Shown here in pieces: positions 61,372 through 64,000 of a DNA stretch of 64,000 bases. The stretch comes from Planctomycetota bacterium (GTDB taxonomy: Bacteria; Planctomycetota; UBA1135; UBA2386), in contig OZ245006.1 in NCBI GenBank assembly GCA_965223545.1, positions 3,616,001 to 3,680,000 of the forward strand, read 5' to 3'. The notes under the pieces are model-generated. The model had not been told where the DNA came from, made no database searches, and saw nothing but the letters and a program-made list of their open reading frames with translations. Numbering within the stretch: the stretch's first letter is position 1; every line of letters begins with the position of its first letter. The position numbers were made by a program, and so were the translations under genes.

Positions 61372-61880
61372 GTGACCTTCTTCCAGCGCTTCGACTCGGC
61401 GCTGCGATTGAACGTCCACTTCCACATGCTCTGGCCGGACGGCGTCTTCTCGATCGAGTTCCGCGACAACGAACCACGCGACCGCGCCGAGTTCTACGAC
61501 ACCACCCCCCCCCACCGACGACGACATCCAGCGCCTGGTGAAGACGCTGCGGGATCGCGTGCTGCGGGTGCTGCGCAAACGGGGCAAGCTGCCACCCGAG
61601 GACGACGAAGGCGCCGACGACCCCGGCTGCGAGCAGCCGTCGCTGTTCGAAGGTCTCGCCGCCGCTTCCGTGCAAGGCAAGATCGCGCTCGGTCCGCACG
61701 CCGGTCACCTTGCGGCGCACACGAGCCGCGAACGCGCGGCAAGCTCTGCGCATCCCGCGACGGCTTCTCCCTGAACGCGACGGTCCGCGTGCCGGAGTTC
61801 AGCCCCGAACGGCTGGAGAAGCTCTGCCGCTGCATCGCACGCCCTGCCGTCGTCCATGAGCGCCTGTCGCTGTCCAAGGG
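61372..61880 (+). pseudogene. IS91-family (Y2/HUH) transposase internal fragment
   Basis: QRFDSALRLNVHFHMLWPDGVF and DGFSLNA...RLEKLCRCIARP. Frameshifted. Confidence 0.85.
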
Positions 61881-61894
61881 CGGCACCGTTCGTC

Positions 61895-62895
61895 GGGACC
61901 TTCGTCATGGATGGGGTCTTCGGCGAGGGCGTGCTGAGTGAGGTCATGAACGCCTTCAACATCCACCGTATCAACGTGGATTCGGTGGACTCGGGCGTCA
62001 CCCAGGTCGATGCCGATGGCGACGTGACGACCGCCCGCGACACCGCTCTCGACTACCGCTTCAGCGGCGACTGGAACCGCTGCTGGATGGGGGCGGGGCC
62101 CAACACCAACACCGCGCTCAACGACCTGCTCGACGCGCTGGTGCCCGAGCGCGACTACGTCTTCGTGGTCCTCAACGAGCCGGGCTTCGGCGGCTGCGCC
62201 GGTGGCTCGCGCCTGGCGGTGACCATGGGGGCGGGCTGGTCGGTCGGGTCCCACGAGATGGGGCACATGGTGGGCGGTCTGGCGGACGAGTAATGCCGCG
62301 CCGGCACCTACGCCGGCGGTGAGCCGGGCGCGGTCAACGTGACCACGAACACGGACCGCGCGACCCTCAAGTGGCGGGAGTTCGTGCACCCGTCCACGCC
62401 GATGCCCACCGGCGTGAACGCCAACCCGGGCAACGGCGCGTGCACCGGATACAATCAAGGGTCGGGGACGGCGCCGGCTAGCTGGAGCAACAGCGATGAC
62501 GCCGGCTTGTTCGAGGGGGCGCGCTACAACGATTCGGGCATCTACCGCCCCGTCGTCAACTGCCGTATGCGCGGCAACACGCCATCGTTCTGTCCGGTGT
62601 GCTACCACGAGATGCGCGCGCAGACGCGCGCCCAGCACGGGCCACACGTTCCGGAACAGCTACGTCGGCGACTTCAACGGCGACGAGAAGGACGATCTGT
62701 TCGTCTTCAACTGGTCCGACTGGGCGATCCCGTACTTCGCGCTGTTGCGCTCCACCGGGACGAGCTTCGAGTGCATCCGCCGCTTCGACGAGGAGCTGCC
62801 CGGCTGGGACGACATGAAGCGCCACGACGAGTTCTTCGTCGCCGACTTCAACGACGACGGCCGCGACGACATCTTCGTGTTCAACGGCCAGGAGA
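61895..62895 (+). pseudogene. M64 (IgA peptidase-like) metallopeptidase with FG-GAP/VCBS repeats, disrupted
   Basis: HEMGHMVGGLADE-TAA-C (GLADEY with a nonsense codon), GLFEGA..GIYRP..CRMR..FCPVC. GDFNGDEKDDL repeats follow a frameshift. Confidence 0.85.
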
Positions 62896-62951
62896 CAAAA
62901 ACCTAAATTCCAGGAGTTAGATCCCCGAATTTACGTAAAATCGTGGTCTCG

Positions 62952-64000
62952 ATGCCCGGCAATCACATTCCTCGGCAGCTCGAGGCCGTCCTCGGCGCCG
63001 CGCTGGCCGGTCCGCGGAAGGTGCTGGTCGTGTTCGGTCCACGCCAGGTCGGCAAGACCACGCTGCTCCGCACGGTCGCGGCGACGCTGCCGGGCAAGGT
63101 CGTGTCGTTGAACGGCGACTGGCTCGACGACCAGACGCAGCTCCGGCCCGAGAAGGCGTCGTTGACGCGCCTGCTGGCCGGGGCCGACTACCTGCTGGTC
63201 GACGAGGCGCAGAACGTGCCCGAGGTCGGCACCAGCCTCAAGCTGGTGCACGATCACTTCCCGTCGGTGCGTGTGCTGGCGACGGGGTCGTCGTCCTTCG
63301 ACCTCGCGCGGCGCACCGGCGAGCCGCTCACCGGTCGCCAGCGGACGTTTCTGCTCTTTCCCCTCTCGTACCACGAGCGCGACCCCGAGCCGGCGCGGAG
63401 CCGCGCGGTGCTCGAGGAGATGATGGTCTTCGGCGGCTACCCGGAGGTCGCGCTCATGCCGAGCGCAGACGACAAGGCCGCGCACCTGCGCCAGCTCGCC
63501 GCCGACTACATCCTCAAGGACGTCTTCGCCCACGTCGACGTCAACCGCCGCAAGCTGCTCGACATTCTGCGGCTGGTCGCGCTGCAGGTGGGCGAGGAGG
63601 TGTCGCTCAGCGAACTCGGCCGCACGGTGCAGATCGACACCAAGACGGTGGGTCGTTATCTCGACCTGCTGGAGAGCGCTTTTCTGATCGTGCGCCTGCG
63701 CGGGTTCAGCCGCAACCTGCGCAAGGAAGTGGGCAAGTCGCAGAAGGTGTACTTCCTCGATCTCGGCATCCGCAACGCGATCATCCAGCGCTTCGAGCCG
63801 CCAGCCGCTCGCGACGACGTCGGCCGGCTGTGGGAAAACCTGTTCGTCGTGGAGCGGATGAAGCGGAACGTATACGCGGGGGTGGCCGCGAGCTACGCGT
63901 TCTGGCGGACGTACGACCGGCAGGAGATCGACCTGATCGAGGAGCACGGGGCGGAGCTGCGGGCGTTCGAGATCAAGTGGGGGCGGGCGCGCAAGCGGAT
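62952..64000 (+). CDS. AAA+ ATPase (AAA_14 + DUF4143), 3'-partial
   Basis: GPRQVGKTT, VDEAQ, TGSSS, LTGR, FGGYPE, KVYFLDLGIRN, EIDLIE...FEIKW. Missing from the ORF track because it runs off the window. Confidence 0.93.
   Translation, partial: MPGNHIPRQLEAVLGAALAGPRKVLVVFGPRQVGKTTLLRTVAATLPGKVVSLNGDWLDDQTQLRPEKASLTRLLAGADYLLVDEAQNVPEVGTSLKLVHDHFPSVRVLATGSSSFDLARRTGEPLTGRQRTFLLFPLSYHERDPEPARSRAVLEEMMVFGGYPEVALMPSADDKAAHLRQLAADYILKDVFAHVDVNRRKLLDILRLVALQVGEEVSLSELGRTVQIDTKTVGRYLDLLESAFLIVRLRGFSRNLRKEVGKSQKVYFLDLGIRNAIIQRFEPPAARDDVGRLWENLFVVERMKRNVYAGVAASYAFWRTYDRQEIDLIEEHGAELRAFEIKWGRARKR

Noticed and set aside
62291..62293. In-frame stop in the M64 peptidase as possible recoding
   Set aside because: It is TAA at a conserved Tyr position (GLADEY), and the gene is also truncated and frameshifted, so this is decay or error.
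62931..63947. 338-aa minus-strand ORF
   Set aside because: Shadow of the plus-strand AAA ATPase, which has clear Walker motifs.

Overview
GC-rich bacterial DNA that looks like an uncultured Planctomycetota genome. That assignment is inferred from gene content: many secreted beta-propeller/ELWxxDGT proteins, a Ser/Thr kinase-FGE fusion and carboxypeptidase-regulatory repeat proteins. About 40 genes are supported. They include an rtcR / rtcB-rtcA-ankyrin RNA-repair locus with a sigma54 promoter, pyrE, a CotH kinase and a 2.8-kaa FecR-VIT-vWA-TPR protein. Highlights: (1) a probable selenoprotein split in the ORF track by an in-frame TGA (DWL-U-M-C), followed by a SECIS-like hairpin and ending in a DsbD-N-like domain. 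(2) A shared ~120-aa C-terminal domain on seven unrelated secreted proteins plus one orphan remnant, a candidate sorting/anchoring signal. (3) A more AT-rich island encoding a 7-Cys secreted peptide, a perfect 13-bp hairpin, and a fusion of a degenerate M61/M1-like peptidase, a UshA-like CGC domain and a tetraheme cytochrome. (4) A nested mobile stack (group II intron inside ISL3 inside an IS3 remnant) beside a decayed RHS/immunity locus and several gene fragments. All family assignments come from motif recognition by eye; no searches were run.
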